A stretch of DNA of 56,089 nt, from IMG/VR virus record IMGVR_UViG_3300031413_000570; one strand, 5' to 3'. This DNA is from a virus (lineage: Duplodnaviria; Heunggongvirae; Uroviricota; Caudoviricetes). The number at the start of each line of letters is the position of its first letter. The stretch's first letter is position 1. Under the pieces are notes generated by a model. It did not search any database. It saw only the letters and a program-made list of their open reading frames with translations, and had not been told where the DNA came from. The translations under genes and the position numbers were made by a program. Of this stretch, positions 36,741 through 46,283 are shown piece after piece.

Positions 36741-37289
36741 TCAATGGATGAACAGCAAACTTTCATATAAAATGATACTTGCTACGTTTAAAGATAGAAA
36801 AGTACTTATGATGAAAGCAGCCATATAATCGATGTTGAAGTAATCATCTGAAAAAGAAACTTTGATGTTCTGTCGAGAAGCTTTATCAGATTTTGCCCAT
36901 TTCTCACTTTTCCAATACACGGGTAAACCTCTAAAAACAAAATAAGTGGCTGCAAAAAGGATGAAAGTGGCAATGCCAAAACCTATTGCTACATACATAG
37001 ATAAGTAATTTTTAGGTATAGCAAGTGCAGTTATAGTTACAAGGAAACCTAATAAAGCACTTGTAGCCATTAGAAGGTAGTATAGTCTTTCAAAAACTGA
37101 GTTACGCCAAAATGGGTTAGCATTCTTACTCAAACTGCGTTCTACTTCTTCTATTTTTTCTTCAACAGTATCAGAAGAAGCGAAAAGGTTAGACTCAATA
37201 GTGAGTGTCAAATAAGCAATTTTCTTATTGATGCTGTTGCTGAGCAAAAAAGACTTCACAGATGTAACCCATTTCTTGTTATGTGGCAA
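36741..37289 (-). CDS. Membrane protein, tandem paralog family
   Basis: Shares N.IN..IAY, EV..SLS..ANP and IDY motifs with both neighbours. Confidence 0.7.
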   Translation of the reverse strand: MPHNKKWVTSVKSFLLSNSINKKIAYLTLTIESNLFASSDTVEEKIEEVERSLSKNANPFWRNSVFERLYYLLMATSALLGFLVTITALAIPKNYLSMYVAIGFGIATFILFAATYFVFRGLPVYWKSEKWAKSDKASRQNIKVSFSDDYFNIDYMAAFIISTFLSLNVASIILYESLLFIH

Positions 37290-37352
37290 TATGTAGTTCT
37301 TACGAACAAGATTGCACCGTTAGCCATATAATCCTCTTTAATTCCTACATCA

Positions 37353-37880
37353 CTAACCGAAAAGGTCTACGGAAAGCCATAACGACGTTGCAATGCTAGT
37401 AGGCACCATTATGAAATAATCGATGTCTAAGTAATCATGTTTTGGCATCACCACTATTCCTGTTTTGTCTTTTGTATTCACCCATTGAGATTCAATCAGT
37501 CTTACTGACCAAGACCTCAAAGCAAAGTATCCACTTAGAATGAAAAGAGGTGTGACTAAAGTAAATAGAACGATAAGATACACATTGAGAAATAATCCTT
37601 GAGGAAAAAGCAATCCAAGCATAACTCCCAAAGCTCCAATACAAAAACCAAGTGCTATAAGATTCAGGTAAATAATTTCCAACAAGCCATGTCTTTGTAG
37701 GGGATTAGCTTGTTCGGATAAGCTTTCACTGACTTCTCTTCTTTTTTCTTGAGGGTTATCATAGTTATGAAGATACAGATTAGCAAAAGATAAAAGCCAA
37801 TACGCAACTACATGATTGATACGATTGCCAAATGCAATCTTTTTGACTTTCAAATTCGTACTCATCTCCATGGTTGCCAA
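37353..37880 (-). CDS. Membrane protein, tandem paralog family
   Basis: Three hydrophobic segments; upstream CCGATA. Confidence 0.75.
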   Translation of the reverse strand: MATMEMSTNLKVKKIAFGNRINHVVAYWLLSFANLYLHNYDNPQEKRREVSESLSEQANPLQRHGLLEIIYLNLIALGFCIGALGVMLGLLFPQGLFLNVYLIVLFTLVTPLFILSGYFALRSWSVRLIESQWVNTKDKTGIVVMPKHDYLDIDYFIMVPTSIATSLWLSVDLFG

Positions 37881-37998
37881 CTCATCCTGCTAAAAGTATC
37901 GGAGCATTTTAGCCATTACTCAATCGTACACTGTCAGCTATTTGCGGTTACTGCAAACTGATGGTATGATATGAACAACTATTAGAAAAGGAAACACA

Positions 37999-38238
37999 GT
38001 GAAAGCTTTAGCCATGACAGGTGCAGTGTTAGGTCATCTGGTATCAGTTGCTCTGACAATTCTGGGTGTCGTTCTCATCATCATGCACTTTGTTCAGAAT
38101 GAAGCCGGCTATGAAATGTTGGCTTGGGGGATTGGTTCCACTCTTGTTGGAATCATCCTCGGAATCATCATGGTCATGGTAACTGGTTGGAGCGTCCTTC
38201 AACTGTTTGACGACATTGACTTCCCTGACTTCTTCTAA
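37999..38238 (+). CDS. Small 2-TM membrane protein
   Basis: AAAGGA RBS, TATGAT -10, terminator. Confidence 0.75.
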   Translation: MKALAMTGAVLGHLVSVALTILGVVLIIMHFVQNEAGYEMLAWGIGSTLVGIILGIIMVMVTGWSVLQLFDDIDFPDFF

Positions 38239-38242
38239 CACG

Positions 38243-38276
38243 CGAAGAATCCTCCACCTCGGTGGAGGATTCTTCG
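38243..38276 (+). terminator. Terminator
   Basis: 16-bp perfect stem. Confidence 0.8.
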
Positions 38277-38306
38277 TTTAACGGTTAGTTATGAATCAAG
38301 ACAACT

Positions 38307-38576
38307 TTGGAAAGAAGAGCAATGGTTACCTCATTTTTGGACAGCTTGGCAGTTCTGGTCACGATGATTGTGATTGCCGTGTTAGGCTACCTCGGCATTA
38401 TTGGTCTGATGGATTTCTTTCGAGATGGAGCTGGTTTCCTTCAAGTAATTCTCAGCGGTGGCGCTTTACTTGTAGCTTTAGCTTTGACTGTGTTCTTGGT
38501 AACAAAATTTGCGGGTGAAGCTGGTTCCTGGATTTGGAACATCCTCATCTATCCGTTCAGCAGATGGAGAATCTAA
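38307..38576 (+). CDS. Small membrane protein
   Basis: Hydrophobic; start may be the internal ATG (MVTSF). Confidence 0.65.
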   Translation: MERRAMVTSFLDSLAVLVTMIVIAVLGYLGIIGLMDFFRDGAGFLQVILSGGALLVALALTVFLVTKFAGEAGSWIWNILIYPFSRWRI

Positions 38577-38580
38577 ACCA

Positions 38581-38627
38581 GAAAATGAAGAACCCCTGAC
38601 TGCAATAATCAGGGGTTCTTCATTTTC
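38581..38627. terminator. Bidirectional terminator
   Basis: 19-bp perfect stem. Confidence 0.85.
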
Positions 38628-38966
38628 TTAGCGAGCGAACTGATTCTTCAGACGAGTGAACTCTTCGAAGTCTTCTTCCTTCTTTGTCTTCGGCCCGAAA
38701 ACAAAATCACGAGGAACTTGGTACTGTGTGACTCCGCCGTACTGGTCGTCACGGATGTTGACGTTAATGATTTTAGCATCCGGGTTGAACAGTTCGTAGT
38801 TTGCAATCTCAGTCACGCAACCATTCTGGTCAGTGAAATCAACTGTCTTGTTCTTCTCCATAAGAAGGTAGAACGCTGCACGCTGGATGACGAAAGCTTT
38901 CAGCTCTTTGATTTCTTCAAGCTGCTGAGCGAGGCGAGTGACATCATCAGTTGTGAATGTAGCCAT
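38628..38966 (-). CDS. Hypothetical protein
   Basis: Own promoter TTTACA-N17-TACAAT at 39027-39055. Confidence 0.75.
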   Translation of the reverse strand: MATFTTDDVTRLAQQLEEIKELKAFVIQRAAFYLLMEKNKTVDFTDQNGCVTEIANYELFNPDAKIINVNIRDDQYGGVTQYQVPRDFVFGPKTKKEEDFEEFTRLKNQFAR

Positions 38967-39251
38967 GATATAGATACTTCTTTCTTGTTGTTTTAGAGCG
39001 GGCGTTCAAGTAACCCCGTTGGTTTCATTGTAGCATCTTTTTCTGTTTTTGTAAACCTTGCTCTACCGTTTATCTTCCACGCCAACCCAAGCTTGGTTGC
39101 CTACAGCAGAATCAGGTCAGAATGGCTGCAGAAGCAACTCTGACGGCTTTAGAGGGTCTACTGAAGCAAGTCAGCGAACTATTGAACTCATCCTCTCTGA
39201 GAGGCTTCTATCGCTTTGCTCATGCGAAACTCATTCTGCGAAAAGACAGCA

Positions 39252-39287
39252 AAAAGGCGGGTCCACTTCAAAACGGACCCGCCTTTT
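39252..39287. terminator. Terminator
   Basis: 13-bp stem AAAAGGCGGGTCC/GGACCCGCCTTTT. Confidence 0.75.
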
Positions 39288-39303
39288 CAGTGTTGCTTCG
39301 TGA

Positions 39304-39570
39304 TTAGAAGCGGTATGCTGCTACCGCATCCTTCACGCCCACGTTCAGGAAGTGAACTGCATCTGCACCGATGACAGCGAACGAGAAGAACTCAGTGCGA
39401 CTGGCGTTGTGGACATGACCTGACACCTCAACCTTCAGGACGCCCTTCTCCAGCTCAGCGTAGTCAAGCTCAACCGTCACATCAGCGACATGAGCGTACT
39501 TCGGAGCAGTGTCCCGACCGGTGAGCTCCTTGTAAGCCTTGTTCAGGATGGTGCGGTTCGTGGTGTTCAT
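39304..39570 (-). CDS. Hypothetical protein
   Basis: GGAG RBS 5 nt before the ATG at 39570; strongly biased codons. Confidence 0.75.
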   Translation of the reverse strand: MNTTNRTILNKAYKELTGRDTAPKYAHVADVTVELDYAELEKGVLKVEVSGHVHNASRTEFFSFAVIGADAVHFLNVGVKDAVAAYRF

Positions 39571-39646
39571 TGAGTTCTCCATAAAGTAGGAAGCTGATTG
39601 AATACATTGAGCCTATCAGACTAAACGACTGAACACAAGAGTGTAT

Positions 39647-39691
39647 AACTGACTGAATCCCCAACCTTTTCAGTCAGGGATTCAGTCAGTT
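39647..39691 (-). terminator. Terminator after ligA
   Basis: 15-bp perfect stem. Confidence 0.7.
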
Positions 39692-39695
39692 GCGA

Positions 39696-41735
39696 TTACT
39701 TACCAAGCAGAGCCAGGAACTCGTCAGGAGTCACGATGCGGATTCCGAGGTCCAGAGCTTTCTTAGCCTTGGAAGTGTCACGCTCGTCGGCAGGAGCGAC
39801 CAGAAGCGTGGTCTTAGAGCTAACGCTGGAACCAGCAGTTCCGCCGTTGTCCTCAATCAGCTCTTTCGCTTCAGTGCGAGAGTAACCAGGAACGCCACCA
39901 GTGATGACAACGCTCTGACCTGTGAGCATTGCAGTCGCAGCAGGAGCAGCAACTGTTGCAGCAGCCTCAGGAGTAGCTTTCAGAGCTTCAAAACCAACCT
40001 GGCGGTACTTCTCCAGAAGGTTCTGCTTGGCGTCCATTCCTTCACGGATGGCAACAGCCTTGTCCTTCACACCGTCAACCTGCTGCATCTGCTCAACAGT
40101 AGCGTTTACAGCCTTGTCGAAGTTCTTGAAGTGCAGAGCGAAACGACGGCCGAAAGTACGACCCATGAAACGCACACCCAGCGAGGAAAGGATACGGTTC
40201 AGAGGCTGAGCCTTCGAACCCTGGATGTTTGCGTACAGGGTAGCAGCAGTGGTTGCACCAAGAAGAACAGGGCTGCCGTCCTTCTTGTAACGACCCATCT
40301 TCAAAGAAGCAAGCTTGTCAGCCGACAGACCGTAGATGTCAGTCACGTCCTCGATGAAACGCTCCTCCACAAGACGCTCAACAAGCGAAGTGGAAAGACC
40401 TTCGATGTCAAGGTGGTCGCGGGAAACAGCATGGATGATGCCGTTAGCCTGAGCACACTCAGGGTTCAGGCACCGCCACACAACAGAGGAGGTGGTGTCA
40501 AGGTCGGAATCACAGTTCGGGCAGGTGGTGGGTGCAACGTAAGGTGTGAGGTTCTTGCCTTCACGCTCAACGAAGTTCACGCCCACAATCTCAGGGATAA
40601 TCTCGTTCGCCTTACGAACCAGCACAGTGTCACCAATGCGAAGGTCAAGGTCAGCAATGAAGCGGGAGTTGTTCAGGGTAGCCTTAGCAACTTCAGTCTC
40701 AGCCAGCTCAACAGGCTTCAGGTTGGCAACATAAGAGATAGCTCCTGTGCGACCCACGTTGCGGGTGATACCAAGAAGAGTGGTCTCCTTGATTTCTGCC
40801 TCGTACTTGTAAGCAATAGCCCAGTAAGGGTGACGCTCAGAGTTACCAAGCTTTGCACGCAGAGCAAGCGAGTCAACCTTCACAACCACGCCGTCAGTCG
40901 GGTAGTCAAGAGTGTCTTTGAGCTCACCGAACTTGATGACCTTCTCGCCAAGGGTGACATCACCGAAGTCAGGGATGAGTGAAGCTGCAGTGATGAAACC
41001 AAGCTTCTCAGCGTGCTCCAGCTGGGTGGTGTAGGACACAACTTCAGTCTCAGCACCGCTGAGGGGAATGAAGTCGTACACAGCGAAAGTCAGCACAAGA
41101 CCTTCAAGGCGGGTCTCATCCTTCGACTGGATGGCACCAGAGACAGCGTTACGAGGGTTCTTGTAAGCTGTGCGACCCTGAGCCTGGCGGAAAGTCTGAG
41201 CGGTCTCGAAGTTCGTGCGGGTGATAATCAGCTCACCACGAACCTCAATCTCACCCTTGTAGTCGATGGTCTGAGGGAGGCCCTTGATGGTGGCCTGCTT
41301 GGCACGGGCGGTCACGTTCTGACCTGTACGGGAGTCACCTCGGGTGGCAACCTGGACAAGCTTGCCGTCCTTGTAGGTTCCAACGATGGCCAGACCGTCA
41401 AGCTTAGGCTCAATCAGCAGAGTTGCAGCGTGAACGTTCATCTTCCCGATGAACTTGTCCAGCTCTTCAGCGTTCTGAGCCTTCGAAAGGGAAAGCATAC
41501 GGACACGGTGCTCAACATCACCCTTGCCGTTTGCAGCACCAGCAGCAACCTCTTCAACGAGGGCAACATGCTCGGTCCAGTTGTTGTCATCACCAAGACG
41601 CTCAAGCTGAGCAACAAGGAGGTCATACTGCTCGTCAGTCAGGGTAGAATCCTGACCATCAACGTAGTAAGCGGTGGAAGCCTTCTGTGCTTCCTTCACG
41701 CCGTTCAAGTAAGTGGCACGCAGGTCGTTTGTCAT
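39696..41735 (-). CDS. ligA: NAD-dependent DNA ligase
   Basis: MLSL, EPKLDG, TRGD, EVRGE, DGVVVK, AIAYK, C4 Zn finger, HhH repeats, BRCT. Confidence 0.95.
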   Translation of the reverse strand: MTNDLRATYLNGVKEAQKASTAYYVDGQDSTLTDEQYDLLVAQLERLGDDNNWTEHVALVEEVAAGAANGKGDVEHRVRMLSLSKAQNAEELDKFIGKMNVHAATLLIEPKLDGLAIVGTYKDGKLVQVATRGDSRTGQNVTARAKQATIKGLPQTIDYKGEIEVRGELIITRTNFETAQTFRQAQGRTAYKNPRNAVSGAIQSKDETRLEGLVLTFAVYDFIPLSGAETEVVSYTTQLEHAEKLGFITAASLIPDFGDVTLGEKVIKFGELKDTLDYPTDGVVVKVDSLALRAKLGNSERHPYWAIAYKYEAEIKETTLLGITRNVGRTGAISYVANLKPVELAETEVAKATLNNSRFIADLDLRIGDTVLVRKANEIIPEIVGVNFVEREGKNLTPYVAPTTCPNCDSDLDTTSSVVWRCLNPECAQANGIIHAVSRDHLDIEGLSTSLVERLVEERFIEDVTDIYGLSADKLASLKMGRYKKDGSPVLLGATTAATLYANIQGSKAQPLNRILSSLGVRFMGRTFGRRFALHFKNFDKAVNATVEQMQQVDGVKDKAVAIREGMDAKQNLLEKYRQVGFEALKATPEAAATVAAPAATAMLTGQSVVITGGVPGYSRTEAKELIEDNGGTAGSSVSSKTTLLVAPADERDTSKAKKALDLGIRIVTPDEFLALLGK

Positions 41736-41741
41736 GCTTCT

Positions 41742-41770
41742 ATCATACCACGAAACCCTGACAAAATCAA
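41742..41770 (-). promoter_or_regulatory. SigA-like leaderless promoter of ligA
   Basis: TTGATT-N17-TATGAT, then 6 nt to the ATG. Confidence 0.7.
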
Positions 41771-41773
41771 GCT

Positions 41774-42202
41774 TTAGGCAGGAAGACAGTACTTACTTGT
41801 ACCAACACCAGCTTGAGGAGTACGTTGGTTTTCGTTAGCATAGAAAATATCATTTGTTGCAGGAATCCTCACTGCAGCAAGATAAGACTGTGGGTATGGT
41901 CCGGTTCCTGGAATCATGCATAATGTTCCTGCTGAAACCTGCTGAACATAGTTTTTAGGAATGAAGTCACCGTTAGCAAGCTCTGTAACAGATGCTGGGT
42001 AGCGGTCGTTTTCTGTGTAGAAAGACTCCATGCCTGTTGACAGGACACGCAAAGAGGATTTACCTGAGTCGATTGCTGTCAGTCGTACCATTCCAACAAT
42101 GGACACGATGGCGACACCCGCAACGATAGCGGACACAATGACACCAACCATGACTGATTGAAGGTCCATGAGACCTTTAGAAGATTTGAAAACCTTAAAC
42201 AC
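41774..42202 (-). CDS. Short type IV pilin-like protein without a C-terminal domain (paralog 3)
   Basis: SSKG|LMDLQSVMVGV, ESFYTENDRYP (ComGC/GspG-like), Cys pair. Confidence 0.75.
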   Translation of the reverse strand: MFKVFKSSKGLMDLQSVMVGVIVSAIVAGVAIVSIVGMVRLTAIDSGKSSLRVLSTGMESFYTENDRYPASVTELANGDFIPKNYVQQVSAGTLCMIPGTGPYPQSYLAAVRIPATNDIFYANENQRTPQAGVGTSKYCLPA

Positions 42203-42270
42203 AACGCTCCTGGATAAACAAGGATGAATAGAGAACTACATCATCTTTATCGGTTGTCCAGGAGCGTTTG

Positions 42271-43332
42271 TTACGGGGTGACAATCATGTTGGGAAGAAC
42301 CAGGTAATATGCTGCCACTAACGCAGTACACACTGCCCATACAGTGAACAGAAGGTAACTGAAGATAAGAACAGCTGTCAGCCTGCCTCCACCACCCAGG
42401 TTGCGGGCTTTGATGGTGGATTTGTGTCTGTGTGTGATGATGAGCAAAGGAATTGCTGAAAGACCAGCAATAGGGAAGAGGATAGGCAGCAGCACATAGT
42501 TGAGTACTGACCAAACAACTAACCATTTAGAAAGTGTCGTTGCAGGCGGGTCAACAGGAGCCACATAGTAGCTTGCAGCGTTGCGGAACTCCACATAGTT
42601 GTTCACATCCTGCTTGTCAAACTCAGGGTCCTGCACCATGTTTGCGTAGTAACGCAACATTTCAGGGTTCAGTTGAGGAACTTCAAGCTCGCTGAAAACT
42701 GAACTGAAGACTGAGCCTAAACCGTTCAGATTACTGAACAAATAACCTGTCTCAATTGACTGGATGGTTTCAGATTCACGGTTGGCAAGTACTAACGTGG
42801 CGTGGACATTGACATCAGAGCTGATGAAGTGCATCTGCCAGTCAATCATCTGCCGGCGGAGATGAATTTCTCCACCAACGAACTCGTAACCGTCACGGAG
42901 GACAATATCCCCAGAATCAGTCATCTCAGCTAAGTTATAGGATGCAGCACGTTTCCAGTTTTTACTGTCAACCAGCAAAGCTGTGTTACCTTGGACCACA
43001 ATATGGTCTATGTCCCCAACCTCACCAGGAAGTTTCATGGAATGAAATACGTAAGTGTTAGGATATAAAGAAGCCAGTCTTTCCAGTTCAGCAGCAACTT
43101 TCTGCTCACCTTGGATGCCAGCGTTGATGGCGTTTGCATCATCAAGATTTGCATGGTAAAGTGATGCACCAGGAACACCGAATACTCGTTGGTTTGGGTC
43201 AATCTCAGTGTTGTAGTACAAAGATTCAGCACCTTCACGGAGAATCTGCGCAGGCTGAGGCTGGACGTTGGAGCTTTTAGCTGCTATCATTGAAGCAACA
43301 ACCCCACCAAACATTCCACCTATGAAGCTCAT
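42271..43332 (-). CDS. NERD-domain protein with C-terminal TM helices
   Basis: GIQGEQKV...DIDHIVV...LLVDSKNW; hydrophobic C-terminus; TTGACA-N18-TACACT promoter at 43371-43400. Confidence 0.8.
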   Translation of the reverse strand: MSFIGGMFGGVVASMIAAKSSNVQPQPAQILREGAESLYYNTEIDPNQRVFGVPGASLYHANLDDANAINAGIQGEQKVAAELERLASLYPNTYVFHSMKLPGEVGDIDHIVVQGNTALLVDSKNWKRAASYNLAEMTDSGDIVLRDGYEFVGGEIHLRRQMIDWQMHFISSDVNVHATLVLANRESETIQSIETGYLFSNLNGLGSVFSSVFSELEVPQLNPEMLRYYANMVQDPEFDKQDVNNYVEFRNAASYYVAPVDPPATTLSKWLVVWSVLNYVLLPILFPIAGLSAIPLLIITHRHKSTIKARNLGGGGRLTAVLIFSYLLFTVWAVCTALVAAYYLVLPNMIVTP

Positions 43333-43406
43333 TACGAGTCATCTCCTTATGTTATAAATACTCGTTCTTGAGTGTAACATACAGTGTGTGATGCTGTCAA
43401 GTATTT

Positions 43407-43455
43407 AATATGAAATAGGCAACCAACATTATCTGCTGGTTGCCTATTTCATATT
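43407..43455. terminator. Terminator
   Basis: 19-bp perfect stem. Confidence 0.8.
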
Positions 43456-43465
43456 AAGCGGAAGC

Positions 43466-44521
43466 TTAGCTGATTTTCTCTACAAGAACATCATCAATAA
43501 GAACGTCACTTGATGAGTTTGTGTCATAACGACCGAATACGTTCACATCATTGCTGGATGCTCGTGTTGAAGCTGTGAATTCGATTGTCTGCTGAGTCCA
43601 TGTGTTCAAAGTTGTCACTGCTGATTTACTGCTATAAACAGAGTTCGCACCTATGTAGACTGAAGTACCAGAAACCATTTTTACCCACATAGTGACACGA
43701 TACTTTTGCCCAGGTTCAATTTTTGTTACTGCAGATGTAGCATAAGTGGTCTTAGTAGTTCCACTTGAGCTACCTATCATTCTCAAAGCTTTAGTACCAT
43801 GACCTTCAGAAGCTGGTATGGTAGCCACTGAAATTGAACCAAAGGTTTGACCACTTACCCAACCCTGTGTTGTCCCGTCTTCGAAATTGAATGTCGAAAC
43901 AGGTACGGTAGAAGCAGGTTCTTCAGGTATTGTCGGGTTCGTACCTCCGCTTCCAGAGTCACCTGTTCCAGTTCCTGGTGTTGTTTCTGGAGCTGGAGTG
44001 TTTGGGGCAGTACCCACTGGAGTTGTCCCGTTATCTTTCGTAGGATCGACTCCTACTACACCGTTTGCATCAGCTACACAAGGAAAAGCAGCGGTATGCT
44101 CGACAGCTGTTTTATTACTGTTCAATGCATAGAAGGTCTTCCCTGAAGCAGACTTGGAATAAGCATGATAATCTTTCCCGTCGACAGTCGGAACAACGCA
44201 GTAGGTTGAGTTTGAATCCAATAAGCTGTTTGCTGATAATTCTGCTGAGTCCGCAAATGTGTTACGAAGTTCACGGTTACTACCAACTTTGTTCTTCAAT
44301 GTTGTTGATGCATCTGAACTCAAACCAAAGAAAGCGTTCTGTGCTGTATGGACAGAATCAAGCTGTTGTTTCGCTGCTTTGTCTTGAGACCAAGGAATGA
44401 CGGCGAAAACAGTTGCTGCGATAACACCACCGATAAGGCCGATGACAATGACACCAACCATGATCGAGGCCAGGTCAATAGCGGCTCTGGAGGAACGTAA
44501 AACTTTGTGAATATGAAGCAT
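43466..44521 (-). CDS. Type IV pilin-like protein with a CBM4/9-like domain (paralog 4)
   Basis: SSRAAIDLASIMVG; FNFEDGTTQGW...GQKYRVTMWVK...IDDVLVEK. Confidence 0.78.
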   Translation of the reverse strand: MLHIHKVLRSSRAAIDLASIMVGVIVIGLIGGVIAATVFAVIPWSQDKAAKQQLDSVHTAQNAFFGLSSDASTTLKNKVGSNRELRNTFADSAELSANSLLDSNSTYCVVPTVDGKDYHAYSKSASGKTFYALNSNKTAVEHTAAFPCVADANGVVGVDPTKDNGTTPVGTAPNTPAPETTPGTGTGDSGSGGTNPTIPEEPASTVPVSTFNFEDGTTQGWVSGQTFGSISVATIPASEGHGTKALRMIGSSSGTTKTTYATSAVTKIEPGQKYRVTMWVKMVSGTSVYIGANSVYSSKSAVTTLNTWTQQTIEFTASTRASSNDVNVFGRYDTNSSSDVLIDDVLVEKIS

Positions 44522-44626
44522 AGTGTTATGACTTTCGTTGGGGGATGAAGACTCAATTTCAAATCTTCATCCCCCATTATCGGCCGTAACTGTATGTAAA
44601 TACATACAATTGTTATGACTAATATA

Positions 44627-46192
44627 TTACACGAATTTTGCAGGGATGTTAGCCTGTGCCAGGGCTGAACCTTGGTAGAATTCTGTGTAACTGGTGACGT
44701 TAGCAACATCCCATCCAGAGATGTTCTGGTTGAATGCACGAGCGTTGTAGAACATGTTCTCCATGTTGGTGGAGTTAGTAACAACCCAGCTGGAGATGTT
44801 CTGATTGAAGACTCTTGCCTCCTGGAACATGTTGCTGAAATTTTTCACCTTAGTAACGTTCCAGTTACCAATGTTCTGGTTGAATTTGTAAGCATTCAAG
44901 AACATGTTACTCATGTCTGTTACGTTCGCTGTCTCAAAACCGTCAAGACGCTGGTTGAAGTTAGCAGCAGCAGCGAACATGTTATGCATGTCTTTGACAT
45001 TAGTGGTGTCCCAATCATGAACGTTACCGTTGAAAGCTGTAGCGTCCTGGAACATCTGAGTCATATCCTCAACATTTCCAGTCTTCCAGTCATTCATATC
45101 CTGGTTGTACGCTGTAGCTGCACGGAACATTCCGTCCATCCGAGTGAAAGAAGAAGTATCCCAAGTGTTCAAATTTTGGTTGAAAGTCTTAGCCATGTAG
45201 AACATGTTCCCAGCATCTTTCACACTGGTGAGTTTCCATTGACTGATATCAGCGTTGAAGCCCACAGCTTTCTGGAACATGCTTCTTGTGGTGGTGACGT
45301 TACTCATGTCCCAGTTGTTCAAGTTCTGATTGAACACGTTGGTGTTACCGAACATGTAAGAAACATCTTTCACTGATGCTGGCAAAGTAGATGGAACAGA
45401 GGTGAGGTTAGTGGCTCCCCAGAATCCATATGCTGCAGAGGTGGTACCTGATTCGGTACCCCATGAGTCCATGCTGCGAATACAGGAACGCAAGTCAGTT
45501 GACATGACATTAGCAGTCAGAGAATTAAATGTACCCACAAACTTAACTGTGTAGTTCTCACCCGAAACAACAGACCGTGGTGAACCTTCAGAGTTAGAGT
45601 ATGTCTCTTCTTTCCCATCACTCCAAGTAGCAACACCTGTAGCGTTTTTGATAGGCAACTGAGCGGTAGTCACACCTGCAGGGCAGTTGATGGTGAACGA
45701 TGAAGTCTTAGCAACATCTGATGCTGGGGTTTCAGGTGTTGGTGTAGGAGTTGAAACAGTGTCAAGACATCCGAAAGAGCTGGTCAGAGAAGGCTTCGTG
45801 TTCGAATGAGACACAGTGAATACTCGACCTGTAGCTGATTTGGAGTAACCTACATACCCTGAAGCGTTGCCCGTGGGCTCAGTACAGTAGGTTGCTCCTG
45901 TCTGCAGCAGCGAGTTCTCAGACAAAGCTGCTGAACTTGCATAAGTGTTGACTTTTGATGCACCTTTCAGCTGGTATGAAGCATCTGAGCTCAAACCTTT
46001 GTATGCGTTTTGGGCGTTGACGATTGACTCAAGCTGTTGTTTAGCAGCTGAATCTTGCGCCCAGGGAATGACAGCAAAAACTGTTGCTGCAATGACGCCA
46101 CCAATCAAACCAATGACAATGACACCGACCATGATCGAGGCTAAATCAATGGCGGCTTTGGAAGACGCTACTATTTTGTGAATTGTGTCCAT
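44627..46192 (-). CDS. Type IV pilin-like protein with 9 DUF285/BspA-like repeats (paralog 5)
   Basis: Start reassigned to MDTIHKIVASSKAAIDL (removes the overlap with the ART gene); 25-aa FNQ.l..W...V..M..MF repeats. Confidence 0.8.
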   Translation of the reverse strand: MDTIHKIVASSKAAIDLASIMVGVIVIGLIGGVIAATVFAVIPWAQDSAAKQQLESIVNAQNAYKGLSSDASYQLKGASKVNTYASSAALSENSLLQTGATYCTEPTGNASGYVGYSKSATGRVFTVSHSNTKPSLTSSFGCLDTVSTPTPTPETPASDVAKTSSFTINCPAGVTTAQLPIKNATGVATWSDGKEETYSNSEGSPRSVVSGENYTVKFVGTFNSLTANVMSTDLRSCIRSMDSWGTESGTTSAAYGFWGATNLTSVPSTLPASVKDVSYMFGNTNVFNQNLNNWDMSNVTTTRSMFQKAVGFNADISQWKLTSVKDAGNMFYMAKTFNQNLNTWDTSSFTRMDGMFRAATAYNQDMNDWKTGNVEDMTQMFQDATAFNGNVHDWDTTNVKDMHNMFAAAANFNQRLDGFETANVTDMSNMFLNAYKFNQNIGNWNVTKVKNFSNMFQEARVFNQNISSWVVTNSTNMENMFYNARAFNQNISGWDVANVTSYTEFYQGSALAQANIPAKFV

Positions 46193-46283
46193 TTTAACTT
46201 TTTCGTTGGGGTTATACTCATGAGTATCGGACAGTTTAGTATTATGCCCAGTATCACCCTCGGATGGTGATAGGAATGAAATT

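Noticed and set aside
39122-39307. 61-aa plus-strand ORF
   Set aside because: No clear RBS, and it runs through the terminator at 39252-39287; unsupported.
39690-41777. 430-aa and 254-aa plus-strand ORFs
   Set aside because: Antisense shadows of ligA.
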